A stretch of 64,000 nucleotides of DNA from the IMG/VR virus record IMGVR_UViG_3300027770_000048; one strand, written 5' to 3'. Both the position numbers and the translations under genes were made by a program. The notes beneath the pieces were generated by a model. The model worked only from the letters and a program-made list of their open reading frames with translations. It made no database searches and had not been told where the DNA came from. Positions 35,198 through 47,300 of the stretch are shown here, in pieces. Numbering within the stretch: position 1 is the stretch's first letter; each line of letters opens with the position of its first letter. The DNA is from a virus. Its lineage: Duplodnaviria > Heunggongvirae > Uroviricota > Caudoviricetes.

Positions 35198-36469
35198 ATG
35201 TACGATAATATAACTACAAACTCCGAATTCACCGGTGATAGTGGTAATGATATGAATATATTTCTAGCTAATGTTAGAAAAGTGTATACAAAAATTCAAG
35301 AAATAAAAGATGATAAACTTGAATATAATATTACTGCAAGTGTAATTTATAATGAAAATAAATATAAAGACAAAGACCCTGATGTTAGATTTTTAGGTGC
35401 CATTCAATTTCAAAGAGAACATTCAATTTATTTAGAAGATTATGCTATTCCGTTTGATAAAAACAATATGACATATCCAATAGTAGGAGAAACTGTTCTA
35501 ATTTTAGATATAGGTAAACAACACTTTTGGTTACCATTTTCTAATACACAATATCCCAATTATAGAGAAGATTTAAAAACTACAATAGCAAGTCAAGCAG
35601 TAGAGTATGTGGGTTCTTCACAATCAAACAAAAATTATAAAGAGTCGGCCGCAACAGGTATACCTGAAAAATCGGATGCTGGTAAGCAAAAAAATAAAAG
35701 AGAATATAAAGTAAATGAAAAAATACATTTCTTACAACCTAGAAACGGTGATACATTTATAACAGGTAGAGTTGGTAATACTATTCGATTTTCAGAATTT
35801 TTTTTAACTGAAGATGGTAAAACTTCTTCGCCTGGTATATTCATTCGTAATAAACAAAACCCAAGTTTAAATAGTAAAAAATTAGGTGAATTAATTGATG
35901 AAGATATTAATAAAGATGGGACATCTATTTATTTAACATCTGGAAAAATAAAAGTTCCATTTAAAGAAACGATATCTAAATCAAAAACAGCATTTTCAGG
36001 ATACCCATCATCTGGCAATTTAACAGGTGACCAATTAATTGTCAATTCCGATAGAATTATTTTATCAGCAAAAGCAAGTGAATTTATTATATTTGGTAAA
36101 GGAAATACCGGAATAATAACGGATGGTGTTTGTTCAATAGATGCTGCAAGTGCGGTATATCAGCATTCGGATGGAGACATTACTTTACATACCGGAACTA
36201 AAATATATCTAAATACGGAGGGTAGTGGCCAAGTATATTTGGGAAGTGATAGTGGTGTAGGTGATGCAGGTGCGGATGTTCAACAAATGGTATTAGGTGG
36301 AGAATTGGTTGATGTATTAACTTCATTAATAGATTTAATTACAAATCAAGTATTTTATACACCTGCAGGCCCCTCTGCTATTGGGCCGGTTAATACGCCA
36401 GGATTTAAAGAATTACAAGGAAAATTAGATGTTATTTTATCTGCAAGAAATTTCTTAAGTAAAAGTTAA
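35198..36469 (+). CDS. putative baseplate hub/central spike-like structural protein
   Basis: Position upstream of the gp25-like gene; C-terminal beta-repeat-like segment (GDQLIVNSDRIILSAKASEFIIFGKGNTGIITDG...ITLHTGTKIYLNTEGSG). Confidence 0.35.
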   Translation: MYDNITTNSEFTGDSGNDMNIFLANVRKVYTKIQEIKDDKLEYNITASVIYNENKYKDKDPDVRFLGAIQFQREHSIYLEDYAIPFDKNNMTYPIVGETVLILDIGKQHFWLPFSNTQYPNYREDLKTTIASQAVEYVGSSQSNKNYKESAATGIPEKSDAGKQKNKREYKVNEKIHFLQPRNGDTFITGRVGNTIRFSEFFLTEDGKTSSPGIFIRNKQNPSLNSKKLGELIDEDINKDGTSIYLTSGKIKVPFKETISKSKTAFSGYPSSGNLTGDQLIVNSDRIILSAKASEFIIFGKGNTGIITDGVCSIDAASAVYQHSDGDITLHTGTKIYLNTEGSGQVYLGSDSGVGDAGADVQQMVLGGELVDVLTSLIDLITNQVFYTPAGPSAIGPVNTPGFKELQGKLDVILSARNFLSKS

Positions 36470-36474
36470 TTCAA

Positions 36475-37851
36475 ATGGTCTACATTCCTATAACAAGTCG
36501 TCATGGAGCGGAACAACAAACATTAACTCGAAAACAAGAGAAAGCGCAAAACGACGCCAAAAAGAAAGAATTTAAAAAAACCGAAGCTCAAAAAGAAACC
36601 AAAGCTACTAGAAAAAAAGCAATGGCAGACGCAGCTGATAAAAAGAAAAAACAAATAGAGGCCTCTGGTAGTTGGGGACAGTTTTATTTTAATATGAGAA
36701 CTTTTTTGACAAAAGACAATCCAAGTCAATTATTTGGAATTGAAGGAGATACGTTAAATAAAGCAACAAAAGCTTTTAAAAGTTATCAAAATTTTATAAA
36801 AAGGAAAAGAGCAATAACATACGATAGACGGAGTGGTAAAGTGGCTCTTGATTTTAAAATAGGGGTTAAATTATTAAAAAAACAAGCTAAAGAAATAGCG
36901 GAGGGGTCGGCCGAAAAAGAAAATACAAAAAGAGATTCCGGAGCAGAACATGTATTAAATTATTTAGAAACTGCAGAATGGGTTGAAACTTTTTTATCAG
37001 AATATGAATATGTTATTGTATCAGGCTGGTGTGCTTTTCCTGGATTTTTACATGTTGAGCAGGCGGGTTTTAAATCTACAAACTTTGTAGAAACAAAAAC
37101 AAGCAACGTATTTGGAGAAAAAAATATATTCGGGGGCCAGAAAAAACGAAGAACATTCAAATTTAAGAAAAAATCAATTGCAAGTTTAATAAATTATGGA
37201 TTAAATGAAGCAAATCAAGCTTTAGCTAGTTTAATGATTGATTCCATTAAATATGACCCAAAGGGCGATTTGATGCAAAAAGTTGCACTTATTATAATGG
37301 GTTGGTGGGCATTTAGACAACTCAATAGAGATGATACACCCATTTTTGCAACACCTCCCGCTTTAAGAACTCCTGGAGATAGAACCATTATGGGTTTTGC
37401 TATTTTTCCTGGAGTTTTTATACCCGTTCCTTTGTTACCAAGCGGAACAGTTGACCAATGGTTACTTAGTTTTATAGTAAATGCAAATCTACATCTATTA
37501 ACAATTGTTGGAGCAACGATAACATTTCATAAAACATCATTGACAGGTATACCTATCCCAGCTATGGTGACACCTTGGTTTGGTTATATAACAAAACCAT
37601 TTGCAGTACCTGTAATAAATCCATTTAGTAAACCACTTAAAGAAATGTTACAAAACCCTAAAGAATTACTTGCAGAAGTAAAAGAGAATTTAATTGATTT
37701 TGGTGCAGGAAAATTAATAGAAGGAACAGTTGAATCAATTAAAGAAAGAGGGGTAGTGGGGTCAATCGATGCTGCAGGACAGGCAATATCGGCTGGGGCA
37801 ACCGCAACTAAACAAATAGCTACCGATGCTATAAATAGAGTAGGTGGGTAA
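36475..37851 (+). CDS. hypothetical structural protein (458 aa)
   Basis: Lys-rich N-terminus, hydrophobic core; within the baseplate module. Confidence 0.45.
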   Translation: MVYIPITSRHGAEQQTLTRKQEKAQNDAKKKEFKKTEAQKETKATRKKAMADAADKKKKQIEASGSWGQFYFNMRTFLTKDNPSQLFGIEGDTLNKATKAFKSYQNFIKRKRAITYDRRSGKVALDFKIGVKLLKKQAKEIAEGSAEKENTKRDSGAEHVLNYLETAEWVETFLSEYEYVIVSGWCAFPGFLHVEQAGFKSTNFVETKTSNVFGEKNIFGGQKKRRTFKFKKKSIASLINYGLNEANQALASLMIDSIKYDPKGDLMQKVALIIMGWWAFRQLNRDDTPIFATPPALRTPGDRTIMGFAIFPGVFIPVPLLPSGTVDQWLLSFIVNANLHLLTIVGATITFHKTSLTGIPIPAMVTPWFGYITKPFAVPVINPFSKPLKEMLQNPKELLAEVKENLIDFGAGKLIEGTVESIKERGVVGSIDAAGQAISAGATATKQIATDAINRVGG

Positions 37852-37899
37852 TTTTTTAACTTTAGATATTTATTACTAAACATATACAAAACAATTATT

Positions 37900-38403
37900 A
37901 TGAAATCAGAAATTTTACTAACTTTAATTAAAGAAGTTGTTAAAAACGAAGTTAAGTTACAAGTAAAAGAAGAACTTGTTAAACTTATCAAATCTGGTGC
38001 AGTTACATTAAACTCACAAAAAAAATCATCTACTCCATCATTGAGAGAGATGACGGAAGTTACTTCTACACCGGTTAAAAGACAACAACCGATTCAACAA
38101 ACACAAAGACCACAAAAAGAATTTACTAAAAATGCTATGTTGAATGAAGTATTAAACCAAACCCAACCATTTACTTCTGCAGAAAGAGTAGAAGGTGGCC
38201 AGAGTGGCGGTAGTAGTGTATTAGATATGATTAAACCACAACAAACAATGGAAGAAGATTGGGAAACAATGGATTATAGAGAGGGTATTCAAATTCCTCA
38301 AAATATTCCGCAACAATTTGAATCAACAGGTGATGGTTTACAAGATGCTACAATAAAAGCATTGACAAGAGATTATAGTGAATTAGTAAAAAGATTTAAA
38401 TAA
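37900..38403 (+). CDS. hypothetical protein (167 aa)
   Basis: ORF track. Confidence 0.45.
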   Translation: MKSEILLTLIKEVVKNEVKLQVKEELVKLIKSGAVTLNSQKKSSTPSLREMTEVTSTPVKRQQPIQQTQRPQKEFTKNAMLNEVLNQTQPFTSAERVEGGQSGGSSVLDMIKPQQTMEEDWETMDYREGIQIPQNIPQQFESTGDGLQDATIKALTRDYSELVKRFK

Positions 38404-38406
38404 TAA

Positions 38407-38841
38407 ATGGCAATTGATTTAGGTAAAATACCCGTTAAAGACTTAGTTCAAAATGAAAGTAAAGCTCTAAGTATTGGATTTTCTAATTCCAATGCTGATG
38501 GTGTATTTCAAAAAAATTATACAACCAAAAAACAACTTGCAGAAAATATTAAAAATCTTATTTTAACAAAAAAAGGTGAAAGAATTATGAATCCTCTTTT
38601 TGGTTGCGATGTTCATAGGGTTTTATTTGAACCATTTATTCCTGGCCAAATAGAAACTAAAATTCAAAACTCAATTGAACAAGCGGTTAATTATTGGATA
38701 CCTGAAGTTAATATTGAAGAAATTGTTTTTGATTTTGATGATAAGGATATTGATAATCATTTAATTAATTTAAATGTAGTATTTTCATTGGTAATTAATC
38801 CTGATATAACGGACAGTATTCAGGTAACAATAAAAGAATAA
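38407..38841 (+). CDS. baseplate wedge protein (gp25/GPW-like)
   Basis: IKNLILTKKGERIMNPLFGCDVHRVLFEP...IQNSIEQAVNYWIPEVNI matches the GPW_gp25 pattern. Confidence 0.8.
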   Translation: MAIDLGKIPVKDLVQNESKALSIGFSNSNADGVFQKNYTTKKQLAENIKNLILTKKGERIMNPLFGCDVHRVLFEPFIPGQIETKIQNSIEQAVNYWIPEVNIEEIVFDFDDKDIDNHLINLNVVFSLVINPDITDSIQVTIKE

Positions 38842-38848
38842 TAAAAAA

Positions 38849-40867
38849 ATGGCAATTAAACCTTTAAATAAATCTTGGGGAACCGGTAAAGATATAAACT
38901 ATATTGGTAAAGATTTTTCGGCATTTAAACAAAATTTGGTAAATTTTACTCAAACATATTTTCCAGATAGTTATGCTGATTTTTCCGAAGCTTCACCTGG
39001 TACCATCTTTATTGATATGGCATCTTATGTTGGTGATGTTCTTTCCTTTTATCAAGACACCCAATTAAAAGAATCAATGTTAGCAAATGCTACCGAACGT
39101 AAAAACGTTATAGCACTTGCACAAACAATGGGGTATAAACCAAAATTAACATCACCTGCAACTACAACTATTAAAGTTTATCAAATCGTCCCATCATTGG
39201 GGTCAGCTGGTAATTACGCGCCCGATTCTAAATTCTATTTAAAAGTAAAGGAAGGAATGGAAATAAAATCCAATAACAATTCCAATATTATATTTAGAAC
39301 AACAGATTCGGTAGATTTTGAAAATGAAATAGATAGAGAAATTAATGTATACGAACGAGATGCAACAGGAGTTCCCACACAATATCTAATTAGTAAATTA
39401 GTAAAAGCTATATCTGCAAATGAGGTCTCTACTACATTTATGATGGGTGGTGATGTAGATTATCCAACCATAACATTGACGGATACTAATATTATTCATA
39501 TAGTTTCCGTAACCGATGGTAATAATAACAAATATTATGAAGTTCCATATTTGGCACAGGAAAGTATATTTGTTGAACAACCTAATATGGAATATAATGG
39601 TGCACTATATACATCATCTTCAATAGTTCCTTATATTTTAGAAGTTCAAAAAGTTCCTAGAAGATATTCGGTAAAATTGAATGCAAATAATACAACGGAT
39701 TTACAATTTGGTAGTGGTGATATCACAATGAATGATGAAATTATATTACCAAATACAAAAAATGTAGGATTAGGATTGGCCAATTCTATCAATAGATTAA
39801 ATCAAGGAATAGACCCTTCAAATTTTTTAAAAACAAATACATTTGGTATTGCACCTACAAATACAACATTAACTGTGAAGTATTTGGTCGGCGGTGGAAT
39901 TAACTCGAATATAAATACAGGTGATTTAACCAACATTACCAGATTAGAATACGAAGAAGATTTATTATCTTTGAATGACGATAATTTGAGAATATACAAC
40001 CAAATTAAAACAACATTAGCAGTTGAAAACATTGAACCTGCAGTGGGTGGAAGGGGTGCAGAAAGTATTGAAGAAATTAGACAAAATGCATTAGCAACAT
40101 TTGGTTCTCAAAATAGAGCAGTAACCAGACAAGATTATGTTGTAAGAGCATTATCAATGCCAGCTAGATATGGTAGTGTTGCAAAAGTATATGTAAGTCC
40201 TGATGGTGAAATAGATAATAATTCACCAGCTTCTATATTAGCAAGTCCCAACAATATAGCTGAATTTACAAATTTAGTAGATTCTATGAAAGGTATGGCT
40301 AAATCAGAAATTCAAAAAGAATTAGTTAAATACTTAACACAAAAAAAGAGTGCAATTGCAGAGGTTAATAACCCATTTGCAATTAATATGTATGTTTTAG
40401 GATATAATAGTGATAAAAAATTAACACAATTAAATCAAGCAATCAAACAAAATCTTAAAACCTATTTAGGTGAATATAGAATGATTACCGACGCAGTTAA
40501 TATGATTGATGGGTTTATAGTTAACATCGGTTGTGATTTTGAAATAATTGTTTATTCAAATTATAATAAAAGAGAAGTTCTTACATCTTGTTTAGCAGAA
40601 GTTCAATCTTATTTCGATATAGATAATTGGACATTTAATAAACCAATAAACATTTCCGAAATAGAATTATTACTTGCAAATATAGAAGGGGTTATGAGTG
40701 TTCCATCGGTTAAAATTCATAACCTGTGTGCGGGTGACGGAGAATATTCACCAAATAGATACAATATGGATGAAGCAACTAAAGGTAAGATTGTCTATCC
40801 TTCTTTAGACCCATGTATATTCGAAGTAAAATTTCCTAACAAAGACATAAAAGGGAGGGCATTATAA
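38849..40867 (+). CDS. baseplate J-like (gp6-like) protein
   Basis: 672 aa directly downstream of the gp25-like gene, as in T4/P2 baseplate operons. Confidence 0.5.
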   Translation: MAIKPLNKSWGTGKDINYIGKDFSAFKQNLVNFTQTYFPDSYADFSEASPGTIFIDMASYVGDVLSFYQDTQLKESMLANATERKNVIALAQTMGYKPKLTSPATTTIKVYQIVPSLGSAGNYAPDSKFYLKVKEGMEIKSNNNSNIIFRTTDSVDFENEIDREINVYERDATGVPTQYLISKLVKAISANEVSTTFMMGGDVDYPTITLTDTNIIHIVSVTDGNNNKYYEVPYLAQESIFVEQPNMEYNGALYTSSSIVPYILEVQKVPRRYSVKLNANNTTDLQFGSGDITMNDEIILPNTKNVGLGLANSINRLNQGIDPSNFLKTNTFGIAPTNTTLTVKYLVGGGINSNINTGDLTNITRLEYEEDLLSLNDDNLRIYNQIKTTLAVENIEPAVGGRGAESIEEIRQNALATFGSQNRAVTRQDYVVRALSMPARYGSVAKVYVSPDGEIDNNSPASILASPNNIAEFTNLVDSMKGMAKSEIQKELVKYLTQKKSAIAEVNNPFAINMYVLGYNSDKKLTQLNQAIKQNLKTYLGEYRMITDAVNMIDGFIVNIGCDFEIIVYSNYNKREVLTSCLAEVQSYFDIDNWTFNKPINISEIELLLANIEGVMSVPSVKIHNLCAGDGEYSPNRYNMDEATKGKIVYPSLDPCIFEVKFPNKDIKGRAL

Positions 40868-41922
40868 TGCATAAATTATACACATCATCATTTGACGCTA
40901 GTATTTACTTACAACAACCTGAACAAAATGCAGGTAGAGATGAGATATTAGAAGTAGGTAAACTTTATTATGGTTCTACAAAAGATTTAGCCAGAACATT
41001 AATTAAATTTGATGTTTCAAATTTGCAAACAGGCAGTGGATGGAAAACTTATTTAAATTTAAAAGCTGCCGGTTCGGAAGAAATTCCATTGGAGTATACA
41101 ATTTATGCAAATGCGGTTTCTCAGAGTTGGACAATGGGGACTGGTACTAAATTTGATAATATAACATCGGATGGTATTAGTTGGAAATATAGAAATGGTG
41201 TAAATAGTTGGCAGGATAACACAACGGCAGGAACAGCAATATTTACTGCAGGAACAACGGGTTCAGCAAACGCCGAAGGTGGTACTTGGTATACGGCATC
41301 AATGGCATCTCAATCATTTAATTATCAAAGTGATGATATTAAAATGGATGTTACAAACATAGTCCATAGATGGGTTAGTGGTTCTTTACCAAATAACGGA
41401 TTCATTATTCATCATAATTTTATAACCGAAGAAGATACCATAGATTATGGTTTACTTAAATTCTTTTCAAAAGAAACACACACCATATATGAACCAACAT
41501 TAGAAGTGGTTTGGGATGATAGTTCATTTGCACCAACAGGTTCAATAACGGCAATGCCAGTAGATAATTTTAAAGTCACAATTACTAATTTAAAATCAAA
41601 ATATAATTCAAATACTAAAACAAAAATTAAAGTTAGAGGTAGAGAATTGTTTCCTATAAAAGATTTTGCAGACACTTTTAATTATAGTGATATTAAGTAT
41701 TTACCACAAGCATCGTATTATCAGTTAGAAGATTATTTAACCGAAGAAATTATTTTTCCGTTTGGTAATTATACAAAATTAAGTTGTGATTCAAATGGTA
41801 GTTATTTTGTATTAGATTTACAATCTTTACCAATTGATAGAATTTATAAATTAAAATTAAAAGTTGTAATAGATAATATAGATTATGTATTTGACGAAAA
41901 ATATACATTTCAAATAGTTTAA
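40867..41922 (+). CDS. baseplate/tail structural protein (351 aa)
   Basis: ORF track; ATGA junction with the J-like gene. Confidence 0.45.
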   Translation: MHKLYTSSFDASIYLQQPEQNAGRDEILEVGKLYYGSTKDLARTLIKFDVSNLQTGSGWKTYLNLKAAGSEEIPLEYTIYANAVSQSWTMGTGTKFDNITSDGISWKYRNGVNSWQDNTTAGTAIFTAGTTGSANAEGGTWYTASMASQSFNYQSDDIKMDVTNIVHRWVSGSLPNNGFIIHHNFITEEDTIDYGLLKFFSKETHTIYEPTLEVVWDDSSFAPTGSITAMPVDNFKVTITNLKSKYNSNTKTKIKVRGRELFPIKDFADTFNYSDIKYLPQASYYQLEDYLTEEIIFPFGNYTKLSCDSNGSYFVLDLQSLPIDRIYKLKLKVVIDNIDYVFDEKYTFQIV

Positions 41923-41924
41923 CA

Positions 41925-43070
41925 ATGGCATTAACAGCACTTGAAACCATTTCTCAAAAATTACAAGAAGAAAGAGATAATAGATTAGAATCAATATTAA
42001 TTTCTTCCGGGTCTGCAGCTATTGCTAAAAATGAATACAATGTGACAATTGTTGATAATAAAAATGTTGCATCTTCTTTGGTATTTAAAGAATTAAATAA
42101 AGATAAATACGATGAAGAAGAAATTAAAAAAGCAATTAATGTAAATGTTACAGAATTAAAACCAAATATACCAGAACCAAATTTAAATTTAATTCCTAAA
42201 CCAATTTATGATAAATTGGTCTTACAATATGCCGACTTACAAAAACAATATAACGATTTAGAAACGATTTATCAGGTTGCATTGGCTGAAATTAGAAGAT
42301 TAGATACCGAAGTAAAACGAGTTACAATTGAAAAATTAACCATTGAACAAAAGGATGATTTAATTGCAAATCAAATGGAAACATTAAAAGATACTTTAAA
42401 TCTTTTCACAGACCAAATACAAACGGCAATTCAAAAATCAGTTGAGGAATCAATATTAAGAACATCTTTACAATCACAAAACGCCGGATATAAAGTTCAA
42501 ATTGAAGCATTAATTAAACAAATTGATTCCTTAAACTCTATAATTGAAGGTTTACAGGCTCAACTTGGTGCAGTTCAACAACAACAAGCAATTACAACAG
42601 GAACACAAGCACAAGCATTGGCAGGTGGTGCAGATGTCATAAATGAAGTTGTTATTTTGAAAATAAATGGTCCAGAGATTGATAAAGCATTTAAAATTGC
42701 ATCCAAACAAAAAGCAAGTAGTACCGATGTAAAATGGACAAGTGGTGGAACATTAGATTTTACAAATAATGATAAATCACCCGTTACCATAACATTGAGC
42801 CACCCAATACCACCAGGATTTAGTATTGATTGGATGACCTTCCCTAAAGGAAAATCATTTACAATAGCTGGCGGTGCCAGTGAAAGTATTCAATTAGGAA
42901 TAGACCATAATTCAGGTACCGGAAAAGACTCAAAGAAAAAAACCTTTGGATATAGTGGTTCAACCGATTATAAATCCGAATTAACTGTTACAGTTACAAA
43001 GGCGGATGGTAAAGCAGCATCTAAAAAGTATCCAACTAAAAATACAAAAAATCACCCAGATTCATATTAA
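41925..43070 (+). CDS. coiled-coil fibre-like structural protein (381 aa)
   Basis: Long heptad-like region. Confidence 0.45.
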   Translation: MALTALETISQKLQEERDNRLESILISSGSAAIAKNEYNVTIVDNKNVASSLVFKELNKDKYDEEEIKKAINVNVTELKPNIPEPNLNLIPKPIYDKLVLQYADLQKQYNDLETIYQVALAEIRRLDTEVKRVTIEKLTIEQKDDLIANQMETLKDTLNLFTDQIQTAIQKSVEESILRTSLQSQNAGYKVQIEALIKQIDSLNSIIEGLQAQLGAVQQQQAITTGTQAQALAGGADVINEVVILKINGPEIDKAFKIASKQKASSTDVKWTSGGTLDFTNNDKSPVTITLSHPIPPGFSIDWMTFPKGKSFTIAGGASESIQLGIDHNSGTGKDSKKKTFGYSGSTDYKSELTVTVTKADGKAASKKYPTKNTKNHPDSY

Positions 43071-43076
43071 TAGATT

Positions 43077-44360
43077 ATGAGTATTAAAAAATATACAAAC
43101 TTTGAACAAATTGATGTAAATACTGACAACAAAGGAAAATTTTTGTTAGCAGATGATTTATTCATAGTTTCAAAAAACGAAATACAAGAAACCGATTTTG
43201 GCGATTGTAAATATGATGTAATGGAAGTTTCCGTTTATGACATTAATAGTAATTTGTTACCACAAAAATCGGGCAAAAATGTTGCTTATATAAAAAAAGG
43301 TGACATCAAACACTACATGCATTCTATCACAAATAAAGGTGGCTTAAAAGAATTGGCTATTGATGCGGAAAAATTATTAAATGATTTAGGTTTTACAAAT
43401 GGTATTCTTAAACTTAATATAAATTTCGTCAGAAATAGAGTAGGAACTGATAATTTATTAACAAGAGTGTGGATACAAGAAATTTCTCCTTCAAGAGAAG
43501 AAATTAGAATATTACCTTTAAAAACAAAGGATGAAAATGTAAATTCAATTACAAATAGAGAATTTAATAATTTACAAAACTTAAGTAAAGATTTTAAATA
43601 TTATAAAAAATCACTATTAGATTCTATATACGCATTTGAAGGTAGTTTTTTAGAAGGAATCGATTCAGCGTTACAAACTCAATTTGGTAAAGATTTTTTT
43701 AGCTTATTAAAGAAAGATTTTGGTCTAAGTAAATTTCCTGAGTTTAGGAAAAAAATATATATAGATTTTCAAACATCAGTAAATTATTATTTAAATAACA
43801 AATACTATAATATTACAGAATCAAAATTTGGTAAACCATCCGAAGAACGATTTGATGATTGTGACCAATATGATTTTAATATGTTAACAAACGAAATTAA
43901 AAAAATATTATTTGATTGTGTTGATTTTAATATTAAAAATTTAAAAAGAAGGCCTGTTGAAGTTAAAACTCTTCCTAAAGAATTTGCAATCGTTGAATTA
44001 AGAAAACAAATTGCAAATAATTTGGATACATTTAAGACTCCTTTCAATATTGTAAGAAATATATACAATGGTGATAAAGTTCAAATTAACTTAAATGACC
44101 CATTTGTTGGTGAAGTTCCTATTAAAAAAGAACCACCCGCATTACCACAAGTTATAGAACCGGCCGTTATAACCGAACCAATATTAATAGTTGCACCTGC
44201 CCCAATAGAAGAACCGGCTCCAAAAGTGGTTTTACCAACTCCTAGTCAAGGAACTGGCGGCGGGGGTGGAGGTAGCATCCATCGAGAATATGATACATTA
44301 GATAGACAGAATTTGGCAGATGGTGGTATGGGTAGAGAACGAATGGATAATCAAAAATAA
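43077..44360 (+). CDS. structural protein with Pro-rich linker and Gly tract (427 aa)
   Basis: PAVITEPILIVAPAPIEEPAPKVVLPTPSQGTGGGGGGS. Confidence 0.45.
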   Translation: MSIKKYTNFEQIDVNTDNKGKFLLADDLFIVSKNEIQETDFGDCKYDVMEVSVYDINSNLLPQKSGKNVAYIKKGDIKHYMHSITNKGGLKELAIDAEKLLNDLGFTNGILKLNINFVRNRVGTDNLLTRVWIQEISPSREEIRILPLKTKDENVNSITNREFNNLQNLSKDFKYYKKSLLDSIYAFEGSFLEGIDSALQTQFGKDFFSLLKKDFGLSKFPEFRKKIYIDFQTSVNYYLNNKYYNITESKFGKPSEERFDDCDQYDFNMLTNEIKKILFDCVDFNIKNLKRRPVEVKTLPKEFAIVELRKQIANNLDTFKTPFNIVRNIYNGDKVQINLNDPFVGEVPIKKEPPALPQVIEPAVITEPILIVAPAPIEEPAPKVVLPTPSQGTGGGGGGSIHREYDTLDRQNLADGGMGRERMDNQK

Positions 44361-44382
44361 AAATATTTATAAAAAAGAATAA

Positions 44383-47300
44383 ATGGGAGCAAAGCATTTT
44401 AAACAATATAAGGCCAACGTCGAGAATATGGGAGGTGAAATGACAAACCCACCATGGGATGGTGTCGGTCAATATGAGGCTTTCCCTAATCTATCCGGCG
44501 GAAGCCCTGGTGGGGGTGGATACACTCCTCCCGTTGCACCCAATCCAACATTTATACCACCATCTTATACAAATAATGATGCAGGAGCATTAAAAATATA
44601 TTTGTCATCTGCTGAAAATACACAATTTGAAAGAGATGGTAATAATATTGGTATTGGTGTATCCACAATTGATACGTTTGCCCCATCGTCCACATTTGGA
44701 AGTAGTAGAACGTATAAGGCAATAACAAATAATAAAATAGCTGTAAATTATTTTACAGTAAGTGTTTCTAAAAAATATTCGTATACTGCAGACTTACAAT
44801 TTGAACCTCTTTATTTAAATATAAATCCATTTTCATCCATATTTGGTGGAATGGGTAGTAATACTGGGTTTAGTGGGTTATCCGAATATGGAACATATAA
44901 TAACGTATTTAATTATAACTACAAACCATCGTTAACAACAAATGATGTTCTATTTACGGAAGTAATTGCAATACAAGAATTCACATTAAACGATAATGGA
45001 ACATATGATTCATCCGAAAGAAGATTAGATTCCACATCAGGAACAATAAATTTAGAATTCAAATTTAAAGAAATTGAAATATTAAATAATCTTCCAGCAC
45101 TACCGCTTATACCGGAGATTGTTATAAATTATGAAATTGGATTTTCTTCTAATTTCAAAAATGAATTGGGTGAGATATTAAAATTAAATTACGAAATATT
45201 AAGTAATTCCGATGAGAAAGTAGATTCCGGTGCAATAAAGCTGGTAGATGGTAATACTAATAATAAAAGTATAAACAAGTCGGTTTTAGAAAATGCATAT
45301 ATTAATTTATCAATAGTAGGAGACATATCTGCTGCATATTTGTATAAAAATATATACTATGCTTCACTAACAATTGCACAAAATAGTCCAGAGGGTGATT
45401 ATTCAAAATGGAAATCGGTTGGGAAAGCATTTAGATTAACGGGTAAAGAATTATCATCGGGTATAGTTGTAATTGCAATATTAGAAAAAGAAATCAATGT
45501 CGCTGCTCCTGTAATTATGGTTTCGGACACCAAATACAATATACAAGTAAAGGATTCCGATTTAGAAAAAGAAGTAAAAATTTCATTTAGAACGGAAAAC
45601 GCCGATGAAGTAGTTGCATACACATCGACTGATAAATACATTTTAACTAAAGCTGATGTTGGTTATGTTACTTTATATTTTCAAAAAGACTTTAATGAAG
45701 TCTATGGAACTAAAAAAGTTATATTAACTCCAAAATCCAAATTATATGGTACCGGAGAAAGAGTAGAAATTTTAATTACATTTACGGCTATAAATGATTA
45801 TCCGTCAATAACTCAAGTATTATTTCCAGAAGCAATTGATGTTCCATCTTTTTCTGATTTACAAATAGAATGGGAAGTTGAATATAATACATTTGCAACT
45901 AGTTTTGTTGATGTTTTTTTACTTTTAAAAAATAAAACTAAAGTAGGATTATTTGAAAAATTAGCACCCAATGGTTCTTTTAAAATAAATTTAAGAAACT
46001 TAGCGGATAGATTTCCACAATGGAATGGCAGTGATAATATATCATTATATTTGTTACCAAGAAACAATGGAGGTTCGGAAGCTTTGATTGGTAATGAATA
46101 TGAAATTGTAACACAAATATTTTATCCATCCATATATTTGGATGAAGATTCTATAAAAAAATCTATATACGATGCATTTATAAATAAATTATCATTTATA
46201 GAACCAACTAAGGATAGTAAATATTTAACACATCTTGCAAATTTTGATAATAACGAACAAATATTGGTTTCATCATATGAAGAAGATAATTGGACATTAT
46301 CATCTAAAAGGAAAGATGCATTAGGAAACGAACTGGTTGATAAGGAAGTTAAATCTGTTATATTAAAATTATATTCACCAATTCCGGCAAATATAAATGA
46401 AAACTCTACATTTTGGATTACAAAATTAATGAGTAATCCTTTAATAGAAACAATAATTTTAAATGAACAAGATACCTTAAAATGCCCACCAATAAAGGGG
46501 CCCAATTTTAATATAGAAGTTGATTTTACAACCGGTAAGTCTACCGGATATGAATCTTTAGATAATTTAATATTAAGTAGTTCAACATCTACAAATAATT
46601 TAGTTACAACTTATTTAAGTTCATCGTTGTCATATCAAAGCGATTTGAATATAGATTATGCATCAGGTTCAAATGCATTGGAAGGATATTTATGGGATAA
46701 TTTTGTTCATTTTAGTTCTGCTACGGAAAGATTGGATAATTTTATTTATAAAGTTCAATTAATTGAAAAATATGAAACTTTATATAATGCAACATACTCA
46801 ACAGGTTCAGCACCATTATCAGGTTCTCATACCGGTTCACTATCGGCTATACAAGAAAGAGAAAGACAATTATTAAAGAAAAATCAAATTTTACAAGGAT
46901 TTGATGGCTTTGAAACATTTTTGTATACATCATCTTCATTGAGTTGGCCATGTGATATTAATAGTAAATTATTAAATCATACATCTTCGACGGTTATTAA
47001 TTGGTATGCATCGGCATCCGTTGCAGCAGAAACTTTTGATTTGGAAAATCCAAATTGGATTATGAATAATGTTCCAACATTTATAAATGACGTTGAAAAT
47101 TCAGAAAGCTTTCATTTATTATTGAATATGTTAGCACATCATTTTGATGTAATTTATTATTATACCAAAGCTATTGAAAATGGTAGAGGTTTGGGGTATA
47201 AATCAAAAAATGGTGTTCCTGATAAATTATTGTTTGATGTTTTAAAATCTTTCAACTGGGATGCAAAGAATTTAGCGGATGATGCAAAACTTTGGGAATA